Part shown: positions 50,546 to 60,062 of the stretch, in pieces
Layout: the number at the start of each line of letters is the position of its first letter
Numbering within the stretch: position 1 is the stretch's first letter
Assembly (NCBI GenBank): GCA_963681965.1
Contig: OY820579.1
Span: 1,536,001-1,600,000, forward strand
Direction of reading: 5' to 3'
From: a bacterium
Lineage (GTDB): Bacteria > Electryoneota > JAOADG01
Length of the DNA stretch: 64,000 nucleotides
The notes under the pieces: generated by a model
Seen by the model: only the letters and a program-made list of their open reading frames with translations
Told to the model about the DNA's origin: nothing
Databases searched by the model: none
Program-made: the position numbers and the translations under genes

Positions 50546-51496
50546 TTAAGAGTGCAGTAGCTCTTGTTTCTGGCAGCCACATACTTCCGGCATGAGCGTA
50601 CAATGATCGATTTTCCAATGATGATTCAAGTGTTCTTGCATCGTATTCAACGTGCATTCCGCTTGTGTTAGCGATTGATCGTCCATTTTTACGTGTGCTG
50701 TCAAGAGTCTTCCACCGGATCCGATCTCCCAAATATGGATATGATGAATACTTTGGATCGGAAACTCCCGCTCGATTTCGGATTGTATCTGTTCAAGATC
50801 GATGTCGTGAGGTGTTCCCTCCATCAGGATATGGAGAGCATCGCGAACGATGTGCCAACCGCTGAATAGCACCATTATCGCCACTACCAGCGAGGCGATT
50901 GGATCAAAGTATTGCCCATAGGGTAAACTGACAAGGAGTGCCGAACCAATAACCACTAGCGAGGAGATCGTATCCTGTAATAAATGTAGAAATGCGCCCT
51001 TCATGTTCAAGTCATCGTGAGCATGAGTTCGGAGCAAAAACATCGCTGCCGCATTGGCGAGTAGACCAATTGATGCGACGATTAGTACGATTCCAGAGGC
51101 GATCGGTTGTGGATGGAGAATCCGTTCAATCGCCTCACGAACAATAAGGGTTACTACAATCAGTAGGGTTGCGCCGTTGAGCAGTGCCGCCAGCACTTCT
51201 GCGCGTTTCATGCCATAGGTATACTTCACTGTCGCCGGTCGCTGCGATAGCCGAATCGCAAATAGTGCGATCCCAAGTGCCGCTACATCGCTCAAATTGT
51301 GCATCGAGTCGGATAACAACGCTAAACTACCAGAATAGATTCCACCCAGGATTTGTGCAATGACAATTACAGCGTTTAACCAGATACTGAGTGATAGCCG
51401 TTTTTGCAGCGACATTCCTCCATGAGGATTATTTTCAACATGATTGTGATGATCATGGTGATGATGACCTTCGTGCTCGTGATGGGTATGCGACAT
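50546..51496 (-). CDS. Cation diffusion facilitator (CzcD/ZitB-like)
   Basis: His-rich N-terminus, SLALLSDSMHNLSD, YTYG..RAEVLAA..N, LNMKGAFLHLLQD, ILMEGTP, HHIHIW. Confidence 0.92.
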   Translation of the reverse strand: MSHTHHEHEGHHHHDHHNHVENNPHGGMSLQKRLSLSIWLNAVIVIAQILGGIYSGSLALLSDSMHNLSDVAALGIALFAIRLSQRPATVKYTYGMKRAEVLAALLNGATLLIVVTLIVREAIERILHPQPIASGIVLIVASIGLLANAAAMFLLRTHAHDDLNMKGAFLHLLQDTISSLVVIGSALLVSLPYGQYFDPIASLVVAIMVLFSGWHIVRDALHILMEGTPHDIDLEQIQSEIEREFPIQSIHHIHIWEIGSGGRLLTAHVKMDDQSLTQAECTLNTMQEHLNHHWKIDHCTLMPEVCGCQKQELLHS

Positions 51497-51657
51497 AGAG
51501 TTTTCCGATTGGAGTTTATACAAAACCTTCGGTGTAATATACAAACATCGTGATATTGGTTGAAACACCGAAAAATTCGAACGGAAGACACACAAAAACG
51601 AGTAACGCCCACTAATTGCAAGTGGGCGTATTCGAACAATATCGGTTGTGAAGATTC

Positions 51658-52791
51658 TTATCGATGTCTACGATCGTCGTCTCGACGTCTGCGATCGTTA
51701 TCGTGCGAGCCTGCGCGTCCGCGATCATTGTCGTGTCGCTCAGGTCGATCCCGGTGTGAATTAAATACGAACGGTGCAGGATGATGTGGGTGGCGGTCCC
51801 CAAGAACGATTCGAAACAATGGGAAGGAAATCGATGCCGGACGCCATGGGTGACGAAAATGGTGAAAAGGTGGATAACACGGACGATCGATAATCCGTAC
51901 GACTCGCTCCTCGACAATCGGTCGTTCGGTGTGAACAATCACCGTTTTGTTACTTGCAACAGTTGAGCGATTTTGGTCATACGTATCCAAGTAGATCGAT
52001 CCGGATCTTGTTTCGACCAGGATTGTTCCATCGCCATTTCCTAACCGACCAGATGCATAAGTCTGACGGGGATTGATGGAAAGCGACGAACCGAAATATC
52101 CACTGGAAACGGTACCGTAATCGGTACGAGCCGAAACCATCGACGAGACATTGTCGGGGAGTTGTAGATGAATGGACCCATTTTCAGTCTTTGCTTTGAT
52201 ACGCCCGTTATCATCTAGCGCTAGATACAAATTCAATTCGCCATTGGTTGTTCGAATGGTTGCATCGCTGGTAGCACCGTCAATGGTGATATTGCCGTTC
52301 ATCGTTGTCGTCGTTAATTTGCCGAAACAATTCGCCAGTTCGATATCGCCATTGGTCGTCTGAAATTGAATGTCGGCTTTCCGATCGCGACATACAATAT
52401 TACCCGAAACCGATGTGACTTTTAGTTGTACTTCGTCGGGTACAGTGATCGAGTATTCGATCGAACCATCGTAATCGGACCGATTGAATTGCGATGATTT
52501 GATATCGATTCCGCTTGCGGAATTGACAACGTGGATTTGCAGTTCATTCAAATAATTATCGCAAAGATCGCTTACCGGACCGATGATTTTTTTAGTAGCA
52601 TGAATTGTGATCCGGTTGTCGGAGCTAGGGAGAATCTCCACATCTCCATTCGAATTCGTCAAGGTAAAGTATCGGATATTGCCGACAGATAACTCCTTGT
52701 CGAATGTCGTCTGAGCTTCGGCGGCGAACGCTAGTGAAGACAGACTGATCGTCAGAGCGACGATTGACAGAGTTAAAGTTGTCTTAAACAT
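51658..52791 (-). CDS. DUF4097 beta-strand repeat protein, secreted
   Basis: Signal peptide; repeated T.(S/N)G.I motifs; low-complexity H/R/D tail. Confidence 0.82.
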   Translation of the reverse strand: MFKTTLTLSIVALTISLSSLAFAAEAQTTFDKELSVGNIRYFTLTNSNGDVEILPSSDNRITIHATKKIIGPVSDLCDNYLNELQIHVVNSASGIDIKSSQFNRSDYDGSIEYSITVPDEVQLKVTSVSGNIVCRDRKADIQFQTTNGDIELANCFGKLTTTTMNGNITIDGATSDATIRTTNGELNLYLALDDNGRIKAKTENGSIHLQLPDNVSSMVSARTDYGTVSSGYFGSSLSINPRQTYASGRLGNGDGTILVETRSGSIYLDTYDQNRSTVASNKTVIVHTERPIVEERVVRIIDRPCYPPFHHFRHPWRPASISFPLFRIVLGDRHPHHPAPFVFNSHRDRPERHDNDRGRAGSHDNDRRRRDDDRRHR

Positions 52792-53141
52792 GATTCCCTC
52801 TTCGTGAGTTACTCATTATACGCATAGGTTCCAAAAAAAGTCGACACTGTTTCCATGAGGTACAAAGTATCGAGTATTCAAAGGTGCTGGAAGCGGAGTG
52901 GTAAAGTCGACGGTAATTTGCGAATAGGGAGAGCGCAACCATCGACGAATAGTTAGTGTGAGTGGATCGAAAGAAAGTTGCTCTTACTAGTGAGATGAGA
53001 GGAATTTCCAATTCGTTTAATCTCGCTAAACGAAAATTGACGCGATCTCCCAAAAAAACAAATTGCACATTCGGTACTGGAAAATCGCGTCAAAAATTTA
53101 TTGAAAGAACAGTCTAGTATGATTCGAACGAGAAATAGAAA

Positions 53142-53474
53142 TTAAAAAACCGGTAGTAACTCTCGTTTAATTGCACGGGACCGACCGATGGTTTTGGAGA
53201 TTGCTCTGGCGGCACGATCGATTGCCAGATCGACTGATTTCAACAGTTCGCTGCTGATGTTTTCAACAAAAACATTGCTGTTGGATTTTAATCGTACTTC
53301 CATCCGACAACTTTTGTCTTCACCCCCCCGGGTACCGTTGAAATTGATCAGTTGGATTGTAACTCGGAGTATGTGTCCGGCATATTTCTTTAGTTTGTTC
53401 TGGATCATCGTTTCGATCCGAATTCGGGTCGAATCATCCATATTGATGTGCAAGTTACGAATGTAGATCTGCAT
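53142..53474 (-). CDS. HPF/RaiA family ribosome-associated protein
   Basis: MQI..RNL...D....RIE...KL......I.RV.I.L...NG.RGG.DK.C..EV...VDLAIDRA; GAGGAG RBS. Confidence 0.82.
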   Translation of the reverse strand: MQIYIRNLHINMDDSTRIRIETMIQNKLKKYAGHILRVTIQLINFNGTRGGEDKSCRMEVRLKSNSNVFVENISSELLKSVDLAIDRAARAISKTIGRSRAIKRELLPVF

Positions 53475-53510
53475 ATCTTTCTCCTCTGAAAATCGCGCTA
53501 GTTTTGTTTG

Positions 53511-53535
53511 AACGCAGATAACAACACTAGGTTCC
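53511..53535 (-). promoter_or_regulatory. Possible ECF-sigma promoter for the hpf-like gene
   Basis: Minus strand GGAAC-N17-GTT, about 37 nt upstream of the start. Confidence 0.4.
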
Positions 53536-54201
53536 CAAGAAAATTTTGAACTCTACGGAAACAGAAAACCGCTTTCAATGATTAGATGTTATCGTCGATA
53601 AAATCGTTGCGTTTGTTGAATAACTCTTTCTAAAGGTGTGAACTGCAACACATGATTTCATCGGTTGTATCTTGTCAATTCATTAGTTCGATTTTGATCC
53701 TGATGAATATTTGTACCTATCCATATACCAGTTCTTCGCCGCGTAAAGCGAAAACATCAGGTTACATTCGATGGTCTTGAATACTGAAAATTCTCTAAAA
53801 AAATTCAATTAGTGCTGATCGGCTTGATTCGAAAGCTTTCGCTCGATGTGAATGATCGAGCTGTAAGTTTTTTCAATGAACTCGCTTAAATGGAATTAAA
53901 ACCGATAGATAGAGTGAATCAGTCACTCGTCACTAAAAGTACGGAAACCAGCATGCACTTTTGCTAGGATTATTGAAAATTTGTATTTTTTTTCTCATTC
54001 TAATTAAGTGTATGATTGGTATGAATTAAGATTGAATTTCGAAATTATGTATAGAATAAGGCAATGTGTTGCTATTCACATAATTTGCTCATAGATCGAA
54101 AAACGATTTTTATTTTTGCTTGTTTACAAATTGAGACACTTGTCAAAAATCGTTACATTATGCCGTCTAGTATTAGTTTGTTCAATCCTACGGAGATCAT
54201 T

Positions 54202-56388
54202 ATGAAGCAAAATGTTATCGTTGGCTTGGTGATGCTTCTTACAGTAGTATTGGCCGGATTAGGTTTTGCCTATCCGCGCACAGTACTAATGGAAGACTAC
54301 ACCAACTACTCTTGACCTTACTGCGCGACGGGTCATAATTGGCTCGTTCCATACCTTGCGGGGCAAGGTAGTGTCCAATACATCCAATATCACGAAAATT
54401 ATCCGGGTCCCAATGATCCGTGGTATCTCGCCAATACTCCTCAAGCCGATTCATTGCGTTCCACTTATGGCGTAACCGGTTACCCGACTTATGCGATTGA
54501 TGGTACGACGATTGTCGGATTCGGTCTCTCATCGACTCCCAACACGATCACAACCCGAGTTAATACCCGGTTGGCGATTGCGTCACCAGTGTGGTTGAAG
54601 GTATCGATGGATCCGACCACGAACGATACGATTATCGTGACAGTAAAGGCTGTGGCGAGTTCAGCGATTACGAACAGCTCGCTGAAGATTTACTTGACCG
54701 AAACCCTGGAAACATGGGCAACCCCGGCACCGAATGGTGTGAACCGTTGGGAATTCCCGTTCGTATCGGCTTCACCCTCGGTAGCCGGAATTGCATTTAC
54801 CCATACCGGTACTACGACCGATACACTGACCTTTACCGCCCGGTTTGCACCACGAAGAACTGGTACGGAACCTTATAACAAGGATAGTTGCAGCGTGATT
54901 GCATTCGTGCAGAATAATACTTCACACGAAGTATACCAGTCTGCCCGATGCCACACCATCGTGTCACCGACCAATAACCGAACCTATTTGATCGGTACTG
55001 CACTCCCGATTATCTGGAATCCATACTATACTACCGACATCATGAACATTCTGATCAATCGGAGTTATCCGTCTGGCACTTGGGACACCATCGCTGCCAA
55101 TATTCCGAACTCAGGATATTTCGATTGGACTGCTACCGGACCGATCACCTACAACGCGCGTCTACTGGTGAAATCGACAACGCATCCGCTCAATGTCGAT
55201 ACTTCGATCATCACGATAACCAGTAATACTACTTTGCAAGTGTCACCGAATCCTATTTCGATGACTGTCGCTGCTGGCGATACAGTGCGTACTAACGTAC
55301 TGATCTCGAACAATGGGAGCGCGCCGTTTACCGGTACGCTTGCCGCGACTACTGGATCACTAGGTTATACTTCACTCTCTTCATCACAAGCGTATGGTCC
55401 TGAAGTAGGCTGGTACGACACGGAAGCCGGGGATCCGGGAGCGCACGGCGACGATTCATTATCGGGACCTTATGTGCTGCCATTCAGATTCCCGTTCTAC
55501 GGTACGAATTATACCAACGTCTATATGTGCACCAACGGATATCTCTGCTTCTCAACGGCAGTTGGAGCGTTGTATACAAATGCATCGCTTCCATCCGGTT
55601 ATCCGATGATTTGCCCGTACTGGGACGACTTTGTCGTTAGCGGTACGGCTGTTACCCAAGTCTATGTAGATGCCGATAGTGGTTATGCCATTTTCTCTTG
55701 GCAGAATGTGCCGCGATACGTGACAAGTGGTTCAGGTGGTAACTTCAATTTTGAAGCGATCCTTCGTTCCGACGGTACAGTTGAATTCCAGTATGATGTG
55801 TTAACTGGAACCCTCAACTCGGCTACAATCGGTATTTCGAATGGTACCATTGCCACGCAGGTGATTTACAATCAGACTGCCACGCAGTACTTCGCATACA
55901 AATTCACTCCCGGTGTGATTTGGTCGTCACCAAGTACTACGGTGTTGAGCATTCCGGTCGGTCAGAGCCAAACGATCAGCACACTGTTTGACGCGCGGCG
56001 GTTGACTGCCGGTCAGACATTGAATGGTACATGGGTGATCACAGGTAACATGGCAGCTTCGATTACCGTGCCAGTTTCTATTATCACTACCGCGACTGGC
56101 GTTGCTGAAAACGGAGCAATGGTTCATCGTTACAATCTTGAAAATGCATATCCCAATCCGTTTAACCCGACAACATCGATTCGCTACGAGATTCCGCGTG
56201 CCGATCGAGTTGTGCTGAAACTATACGACAGTAACGGTCGATTGGTCGAAACACTGTTTGATGGAACCAGCATTGCGGGGAAACATACTCAAATGATCGA
56301 TGCAACCAAGCTTGCATCGGGTATGTATTTTGTCAAGATGAATTCTGGCAATTTTAACGCTACTAAGAAAATTATGTTAGTGAAGTAA
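54202..56388 (+). CDS. Secreted Omp28-like thioredoxin-fold protein with UxxC (probable selenocysteine at TGA 54313-54315), Ig/nidogen-like domains and a C-terminal T9SS-like sorting domain; 728 aa with read-through
   Basis: GGAGA RBS, ATG 54202, signal peptide, RTVLMEDYTNYS-TGA-PYC, then the same frame continues YH..YPGPNDPWY...YGVTGYPT..IDG into the 54454-56388 ORF, ending YPNPFNP...SGMYFV...KKIMLVK. Confidence 0.85.
54327..54370 (+). promoter_or_regulatory. Candidate SECIS-like hairpin(s) downstream of the in-frame TGA
   Basis: GACGGGUCA-UAAU-UGGCUCGUU (54327-54348), starting after an 11-nt spacer from the UGA; UACCUUGC-GGG-GCAAGGUA (54352-54370). Confidence 0.55.
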
Positions 56389-56405
56389 GCTTAGTAGTAT
56401 CACAT

Positions 56406-56441
56406 AAAAAAACGGAACCTCAGTGAGGTTCCGTTTTTTTT
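56406..56441. terminator. Bidirectional rho-independent terminator
   Basis: A7-CGGAACCTC-AGT-GAGGTTCCG-T8. Confidence 0.88.
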
Positions 56442-56526
56442 CTATCAATTTCTTTGGTCGGGGCGTTCTTAGCGTCTGCTCGTTCAGTGGTCGAAACGTA
56501 TTCCGCTTCCCTCTTGTATCTTGATT

Positions 56527-56595
56527 TGTCGTTGCGAGGAACGAAGTGTAGTAACATGCGAAGCATTTACGAAACGTAGAGACGATGCAATCTCC
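56527..56595 (+). repeat. RPE-like palindromic element (TGTCGTTGCGAGG...GCAATCT family)
   Basis: Same ends as the copies at ~5163, 7628 and 7748; internal C(A/G)TGCGAAGCA core shared with 7628-7718. Confidence 0.75.
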
Positions 56596-56665
56596 GCTTG
56601 TATCTAGTATCCTGATATGTTATTGCGAGTGACGACAGCTTATAGTTGACAGGAACAGATTCCAG

Positions 56666-57328
56666 TCAGCACCCTTCCTTTTTCTTCTTGCCGCCACTTG
56701 CTGCTGGTGCGGATGAACCACCACCACTTGGCATCGGCTTCGGAGGTTCCATTTTCGGAGTTGTGGCTGGATTGCTTCCGGTTTGTGGAGTTCCACCGAA
56801 GAACTTACTCACTTCGCTCATTTTAGTGAATTCTGATTGTTGTTGTGTCGTTGCATTCACCGCAATCTTTGGAAATAAGATACGGTCATTCCACTCTTCC
56901 AGACCTCCGAAAAGAATATAGACCGCTTTATATCCTTTCGACCGCAGTAGGAACCATGCTTGTGCCGAATGGATCCCCCCTTCGGAATAAAGTACGAGCT
57001 TCTCAGTATGCGAGAAATTAGCGTCGGTAATTTTCGCCGTCGGAATATTCTCGGAAGTCGGAATGTGATAGTCACGGTATTCTTGTTCCGATCGCAGATC
57101 GATCAATCGGTAGTCTGCACTCCTCTTCATTATCCAATCGGTGAGTTCGGTTACATCGATATGATCGACTTTGTTGTCTACTATCATTGCCAGTTCTTTT
57201 GCATCGATTGTTACCGAAGTACCGTGATAAGGATTTCCCGCAAATACCGCCAATAATCCCAAAGTAAAAGCTAATAGCGCGAGTTTACGGTTGCGTGAAA
57301 GCGATTTCCAGAAAGTCATTTTGACCAT
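56666..57328 (-). CDS. Membrane-anchored/periplasmic rhodanese-like protein with a C-terminal KKKKEGC tail
   Basis: LIDLRS..EY..YHIP, LVLYS, S.QAW..L...GY..VY.L.GGL.EW; Pro/Gly linker then EGC. Confidence 0.82.
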   Translation of the reverse strand: MVKMTFWKSLSRNRKLALLAFTLGLLAVFAGNPYHGTSVTIDAKELAMIVDNKVDHIDVTELTDWIMKRSADYRLIDLRSEQEYRDYHIPTSENIPTAKITDANFSHTEKLVLYSEGGIHSAQAWFLLRSKGYKAVYILFGGLEEWNDRILFPKIAVNATTQQQSEFTKMSEVSKFFGGTPQTGSNPATTPKMEPPKPMPSGGGSSAPAASGGKKKKEGC

Positions 57329-57346
57329 CCTTGTAGCTATCGAAGA

Positions 57347-57931
57347 TTATTTCGCAAATTTATTTTCGACCCATTCCGCACCGGCAAAACCACCAATCGC
57401 CATGAGGACTACAGCGAATACTAGTACTCCGTAAGGGATATTGAGTAGCTGCGATAAGGTGATTTGTCCCATCGAAGTCGAATTGTAGAACGATTCCAAC
57501 ATCGGGAACATTTCACCGAAAACGAATATTCCGAAGAATATTCCCAGCAGATAAATCATCCCATCGATTTTTCCCGTTGCTGCTGCAACGCATGATGTAC
57601 CTGGACAATATCCACCAATCACGAATCCAATACCGAGTATCAATCCACCGATCGTCTGAGGAAGGATGTATGTAGGTGTCAAATACACTTGCGATAAATC
57701 CATGAAGCCGATCCACGAGAGCCAGAAAATGCCCAGCATCGCAGTAATGATTGCGGTAAACATTACTTTGAATACGGTCAAGTCGGTAAAGTAGAATTGA
57801 GCAGCTAACTTACGACCACTGCCGAATCCGGCGCGTTCCAGAAAGAAACCGAAACCAATTCCGATAGCAAATGCGAGAATTAAACTAACTTCATCGTTGA
57901 ACATTCCGAATTTGTAAAAGGGTGCGTTCAT
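57347..57931 (-). CDS. YeeE/YedE family sulfur-compound transporter
   Basis: IGIGFGFFLE, VFKVMFTAI, GGLILGIGF..GGYCPGT; ATGA overlap with the upstream gene. Confidence 0.88.
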   Translation of the reverse strand: MNAPFYKFGMFNDEVSLILAFAIGIGFGFFLERAGFGSGRKLAAQFYFTDLTVFKVMFTAIITAMLGIFWLSWIGFMDLSQVYLTPTYILPQTIGGLILGIGFVIGGYCPGTSCVAAATGKIDGMIYLLGIFFGIFVFGEMFPMLESFYNSTSMGQITLSQLLNIPYGVLVFAVVLMAIGGFAGAEWVENKFAK

Positions 57932-58494
57932 TTCCACTGTCTCCTCATGAAGTATGCCATCGCATAAGCACCGGTAAATACCATCATCATAAACGACCAG
58001 CTCCCGACATTCAGTACCGATCCGCCGGTGAGTGCTTGTCCGCTAGTACATCCCCGTGCCAACTTGGCTCCGAATCCCATCAGCGAACCGCCGATGAACG
58101 CAAAAATCAATCGTCCGGCAATCGAGATATGCGGTCCTTTCTCGACTCCTTTCCGTACCCGATTGGCTAATACACCCGAGAAAAATCCTCCGACAAACAC
58201 GCCCAACACCTCGAATACCAACCAATCTTTGAATGGGCTTTTCGATCCGTCACCGAGGTACTCGGAATAGAATCCATTACCGGAAGCATGAGCAGGCGCT
58301 AGTTTACTGATCGTTACCGAGGTGGCGGTCGAGAATGCACCGGAGGCTCCCAAGCCGCGACCCATGATGACATAGGAAAGCAATAGCACTAACCCCAAAC
58401 CGATTCCGGCGAGATAAGGATTCCAATACGGTTGAGCGACTCGTTCGACAGTCGTCTTAATAGTACTGGTAGTAGTTGTCGTTGATGAAGCCAT
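57928..58494 (-). CDS. YeeE/YedE family sulfur-compound transporter
   Basis: WNPYLAG..LG, GLGAS, GG.LMGFGAKLARGCTSGQAL.G. Confidence 0.88.
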   Translation of the reverse strand: MASSTTTTTSTIKTTVERVAQPYWNPYLAGIGLGLVLLLSYVIMGRGLGASGAFSTATSVTISKLAPAHASGNGFYSEYLGDGSKSPFKDWLVFEVLGVFVGGFFSGVLANRVRKGVEKGPHISIAGRLIFAFIGGSLMGFGAKLARGCTSGQALTGGSVLNVGSWSFMMMVFTGAYAMAYFMRRQWK

Positions 58495-58536
58495 ATCATT
58501 GCTCCCGCGATGTATCGCGATAGATGATTCCTGATA

Positions 58537-59511
58537 TTAATGAAATAAATTTACATGATTGTGTATTGTGTTGATCCAGCTACTCTGCTGCCCGGCAGAT
58601 ACAATAATGAATCGTAAAAATAGACCGCCTAATATTACCGTGACCGGTGCAATTGCTGTATGATTCACTTTGTGATTGACTGCAAGCAACTGAATAATGA
58701 GTGGAATGACAATACCTATTCCCACCACGAGCACCCAAAATGGTGCAGCAAACGAACCATTCAACAATAAATGTGCTGCGGCTTGATGAGCCTGTGTCGA
58801 ACTGAGCAATCCTATCAGATAAAGACCCAATACAATCAATTCGAAAATTAAAAAACCATTGTCGGCTTTCGCCAGTAACTCCCGTTCGGATTTCAAACTG
58901 GCAATCATGTGTACAAGTGCTGCTGCCGACGAAAGTCCGGATACGAGGAACAACACCCAGAGCATGGCGCTGTTCCATAACGGGCGCGCTCCGAACGCAC
59001 TTAATAAAATCCCGGTATAAATACCCAATGCTGCCCCGATCAGCATATTTCCGACTGCCAGCCACCGGATCGAAGCCGGAGAAGATAGTTTCGCTGAAAG
59101 CGTATCGAGAATTGGAAACAGTTTGCGAATTGATTTTGGAAAATGGTCATGGACGTTCATGAGTACTGTTCCAATCAGAATTGGATACACCAGTAGCAGA
59201 ATCCATGCACCCCACGACATCGGCGATGTGGGTTGAAAGGTGGTATACAGTTGCCAGACATACCATTTGTGTTCGAGATCCAGAAACAATGCAAACATAC
59301 CGACACTTATCAACGCCAGTGATAGTAATGGTAAATGAAAACAGCTTGTCTTGCTTGCCTTGTCGCGACCGCTGAGTAAAAAATATCCGGAGATGATCAT
59401 AATTCCGGCAACCAATCCACCTAGAAATAGGTAGACCGGTATCTGCCAATCCCAGATCCCAAGCATCGGATCGATATGAGGATTATGACGGGTGAATGTC
59501 AATTCGTGCAT
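58537..59511 (-). CDS. psrC: NrfD/PsrC membrane anchor subunit
   Basis: W.WQIPVYLFLGGLVAG, LDL, SPMSWGAW.L, YTGILL....RPLWN, GG..LR. Confidence 0.88.
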   Translation of the reverse strand: MHELTFTRHNPHIDPMLGIWDWQIPVYLFLGGLVAGIMIISGYFLLSGRDKASKTSCFHLPLLSLALISVGMFALFLDLEHKWYVWQLYTTFQPTSPMSWGAWILLLVYPILIGTVLMNVHDHFPKSIRKLFPILDTLSAKLSSPASIRWLAVGNMLIGAALGIYTGILLSAFGARPLWNSAMLWVLFLVSGLSSAAALVHMIASLKSERELLAKADNGFLIFELIVLGLYLIGLLSSTQAHQAAAHLLLNGSFAAPFWVLVVGIGIVIPLIIQLLAVNHKVNHTAIAPVTVILGGLFLRFIIVSAGQQSSWINTIHNHVNLFH

Positions 59512-59521
59512 CGATTTCTCC

Positions 59522-60061
59522 TCACATCAGGTAGAATATTTGTGGTTGCGTTCCCGCTTCCGGAAGCACCGTGTGGTTCTTATGTGCCGCGATCAAACGG
59601 CTAACTTCGCTATGCGGATCCTCGAAATCTCCGAACGTCATACAATGTGTCGGACAAACCGAAACACACGCAGGATCTTTCGCATCCTCGATCCGGTGCA
59701 CACAGAACGTACATTTATCGGCATACCCGTCGGGGTGAATAAACCGGGCATCGTATGGACAAGCTGCCATACATGCTTTACAACCGATACACTGTTCATG
59801 TGTGACCAAAACGATGCCGCCACGTTCGTGGACATGACTCGCGCCAGTCGGACAGCAATACACACACGGAGGATTGTCGCAGTGATTGCAGCGCTCACTC
59901 CGTAATTCCATCGATAACGTCGGAAATTTTCCAGTAACATCTTGTGTCAGCCAATCCCGATCGTATCCTTCGGGAACCCGGTTTTCGGTTTTGCAGGCTG
60001 CCACGCAATCCATACAACTGACGCATTTACGGGTGTCGATCACCATTCCCAGACGGCTCAT
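59522..60061 (-). CDS. psrB: 4x[4Fe-4S] electron transfer subunit (PsrB/NrfC)
   Basis: CVSCMDCVAAC, CNHCDNPPCV.CCP, CIGCKACMAACPY, KCTFC...PACVSVCP. Confidence 0.92.
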   Translation of the reverse strand: MSRLGMVIDTRKCVSCMDCVAACKTENRVPEGYDRDWLTQDVTGKFPTLSMELRSERCNHCDNPPCVYCCPTGASHVHERGGIVLVTHEQCIGCKACMAACPYDARFIHPDGYADKCTFCVHRIEDAKDPACVSVCPTHCMTFGDFEDPHSEVSRLIAAHKNHTVLPEAGTQPQIFYLM

Positions 60062-60062
60062 C

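Noticed and set aside
54064-54201. Longer N-terminus of the 54064-54315 ORF
   Set aside because: The RBS (GGAGA) and signal peptide point to ATG 54202. The upstream part looks like promoter DNA (TTGAGA-17-TACATT at 54131-54159).
54313-54315. Genome-wide UGA reassignment (Trp/Gly) as the explanation for the in-frame TGA
   Set aside because: Many full-length genes here end at TGA (gcdH, waaA, the RND permease, ATGA overlaps) and other conserved genes show no internal TGA. The codon also aligns to a Cys position.
56600-56668. Rhodanese ending EGC-TGA read as a C-terminal Cys-Sec motif
   Set aside because: Read-through runs into repeat-derived intergenic sequence with no Gly-stop pattern, and I found no convincing hairpin. 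A normal stop is simpler.
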